A stretch of 64,000 nucleotides of DNA, from contig NC_058368.1 in assembly GCF_018350175.1 (NCBI RefSeq), forward strand, positions 224,814,001 through 224,878,000. The letters run 5' to 3'. Under the pieces are notes generated by a model that had not been told where the DNA came from, searched no databases, and saw nothing but the letters and a program-made list of their open reading frames with translations. A program made the translations under genes and the position numbers. Positions 61,153-64,000 of the stretch are shown piece by piece (position 1 is the first letter of the stretch; each line of letters begins with the position of its first letter). Source of the stretch: Felis catus (Eukaryota).

Positions 61153-61377
61153 GGGGCTCTGGGGTGGCTCAGTCGGTTAAGTGTCCAACTTCAGCTCAAC
61201 TCCTGACCTCGCGGTCCGTGAGTTCGAGCCCTGCGTTGGGCTCTGTGCTGACAGCTTGGAGCCTGGAGCCTGCTTCGGATTCTGTGACTCCTTCTCTCTC
61301 TGCCCCTCCGCCTCTCACTCTGTCTCTCTTTCAAAAATAAATAAACATCAAAAAATTTAAAAAAACAAATAAATAAA
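61153..61377 (+). mobile_element. Can-SINE
   Basis: SINE head and tail. Confidence 0.95.
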
Positions 61378-62871
61378 CTCAGTTTTACATTCTTCTCAAA
61401 GGAAAAAAAAAAAACAAAGAACCATTTCAGGATATTAGTAAGTTCTGGAACATTGACAAATGGCTGGTATAAAACTGAGTGATAAATATTTGAAGGATGT
61501 AAATGAAAGAAATGTACCCTATTACAAATCAAATTCTAGTATGAAGGCATCAAAATTCCCAGTGTTCATCTATGATTGGAGAGAGTTATGTTTTATTGAT
61601 ATTTTGCGAAGTTGAATAACTTCCAATGATTAAAACCTTAAATTCTACTAATTAATGTTCATCTAATAGCTTGATTGTTCTATTCCTGATGTTCTCAATT
61701 TTAGTGTATTTTTTCCTGTTTTATATAAATAACTTGCTGCTGATTTATCCAAATTCTGATGAACTTTTTTTTTATCGTCGACCAATAAAGACGTAATAAA
61801 GAAAATTGTAATTTTCTTTGTAATAAAGTGCCTGTAATAGTGCCTGTAATAAAGAAAATAGTGTCTGTCACTAAAGAAAAGTCCCCTGCCTGAGTAGCTA
61901 ACAGGTGTGGTAGGTGCCAACTTGTCCTTAAAGTATCAATTGTTCACCTGGCCACCTTTGGCTGACTGGTTTCTCATTTAAAAAGAGCGAGAAGGACTCC
62001 CAGTAATCTACCCAGGGTCCAGAAAGTAAGTTCTTTCATGCATCCTGCATACATGAAGGTTTAAATTAATGAAGCTTCAGGACAATTTCTGGGAGCCGTC
62101 TCCAAGAGAAGAACTGATCTATAGTAAAGAACAGACACCAAAATATTTCTTTAGGTCATGAGGGCACAGGGCAATCTGAACAGCCCCAAGTATTATCGCA
62201 ACTGTGGCTACCTGCTGTTTTAATTCTCAGTGCTGCTTTCCTAGGTGTAAATCATTCTCAGCAGGGCTTCTTCTGGAACATTGCCGCTTTTCTTCACTGC
62301 TCCCAGTCTCCCAGCCTAAACCAACCCACTGGATGCCTTTCTCTTCCCAATATGACGATTTTTTTTCAAGGTCTCCATTCATGTCCTTGACGCTGAACTT
62401 TGGTTGGATCCACCCAAATCCATTCCAAAAGTGATTTCAAACTCTAAGTCCTGGGGAGAGATGTTTGGAGACTATTGGTCCTTTCCTCCCAATCAATGAT
62501 AAACACGTAGACAAATTGACTTGACTTGCCGTGGGCTTAGGGGCAGCCCAAACAGAAGCCGGTCAGAAGGCTGTAAATGGTCACAATATCTTTTTTCCTA
62601 CCTATGACCTGCCGAACAAAGTCTCTGAGTAACAAAATCCCAGAAAGAGTACTCCAAATTACTTTCTAACTTTGTTCTCAAGTGGAGGGGGGGGGGAAAG
62701 AAATTAGCAGGCAAAGAGAAAAAATGCTTTTGTGGTTCTCCATTCTATCTTACAAGTCCATCACCGACACCTTACAAGAGTCCCCAAGGAACACCAAAGA
62801 TCCTTTGTCACACTTTGAAAATCATTAATTTGTTATAATTGGGCACAGTGGCTTTCACGGCCTCTTCTTCC

Positions 62872-63012
62872 TTTTTTTTTTTTCTTTTTCCATTTACATC
62901 CAAATCAGCATATAGTGCAACGATGATTTCAGGAGTAGATTCCTTAATGCCCCTGACCCATTTAGCCCATCCCTCCTCCCACAACCCCTCCAGGAACCCT
63001 CTGTTGGTTCTC
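62872..63012 (-). mobile_element. Felid/carnivore L1 3' terminus
   Basis: polyT then tttacatccaaat..agcatatagtgcaac..gatttcaggagtagattccttaatgcccc..cccatttagcccatccc. Confidence 0.8.
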
Positions 63013-64000
63013 CTCTAATGATATCATATGATTTACAGTTTCAGTGTAAAAACTCTGGAAAGGTTCAATTTCATTTAGCACCACTTAGGCCTTTCCAAGA
63101 AGCCTACGGCCGGGTCTGAGTTTTCAACTTAAATAGGACAAGGTTAATTGGAAGGTAATTCAGAGAACAATCTGATTTCATATTGTTGGCAAGTTGTCTT
63201 TCTTTTGATGGCCAATTTCGCTCATTCCCATCTCATTGACTCCATTATTCCCTAGCCCTAGATAACAGTGAATGCTTTCACCTTGTGGACGAGATATTTT
63301 ACTTCATTTGCTACTTTTCTTTAGGAGTTTTGCATCTTAAACTCATGCTTAAAATTTATTAAACATTTTCTCAATAATTATGCATCTTTCTAGTCTCTGC
63401 CTTTTCAAATTTCAGGATAACATTTCTTTCCTTTTTTTTTTTTAACATTTCTGCCACGATGTTTTATTTTTTCATGCTGGCTCTTAATGGATGTAAGAAG
63501 AAAAATTATCCAGTAATACTAAAGAGTGTGGAAGTTTTACTCTGTAGAGATTTCCCATTTAGAACCATCTCCTGCTAAATGCTTAATCTATCACTTAGAA
63601 ATAGAAAAAAAATAAACTTCACGGTTTGTTTCATGTATGCTGAGAAAGTGCATTCTTCTGTAAGTTTTTATGAGGTTCAAGAAAAACTTGGAGTGTTTAA
63701 ATTTGTTTTACTTTATTCTTAGAGAATTGAAAATTATCTTACCTTCCATAACCTGAAATCCCTAAAAGATTGTTTGTAAACTCAAACATTTTAAATCAAC
63801 TTGGTAAAATTAGCTTACGAAAGCATCATGGTTTCATTCAATGATTTTATGAGAGTTGGGTGTGTGTGTTGGGGGCTGTTTGTGTGTGTACTTACTAGCC
63901 CTACTTTTTCACCCTTTTTTCTAAATGTATGAAATTGAACTTATATGCATTCCCCTATACTTGAAATCTTATATTAATGAAAGATTAAAATATGATATTA

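Overview
This is mammalian non-coding DNA, almost certainly from a cat (Felidae), judged by tRNA-derived Can-SINEs of the felid type and felid-type L1 3' ends. I counted 37 Can-SINEs by eye (28 on +, 9 on -). The window also holds several L1 fragments, including a ~7.3 kb ancient L1M with at least 10 nested insertions and two twin-primed, 5'-inverted felid L1s. There are also MaLR/ERVL solo LTRs, MER53 and MER20 DNA transposons, MIR/L2 relics and many microsatellites. None of the ORFs in the track looks like a host protein; those I could assign come from SINE, L1 or simple-repeat sequence. No rRNA, real tRNA or CRISPR array was seen. The best non-repeat signal is a set of candidate minus-strand 5' exons and promoters at ~57.4, ~56.6, ~20.2 and ~5.7 kb. 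These suggest the 5' region of a large multi-promoter gene whose coding body would lie left of position 1. I could not identify the gene, and this model is inference. I found no evidence for a wholly new biological system. Repeat family names come from remembered consensus sequences, not from a database search, and most repeat boundaries are approximate.
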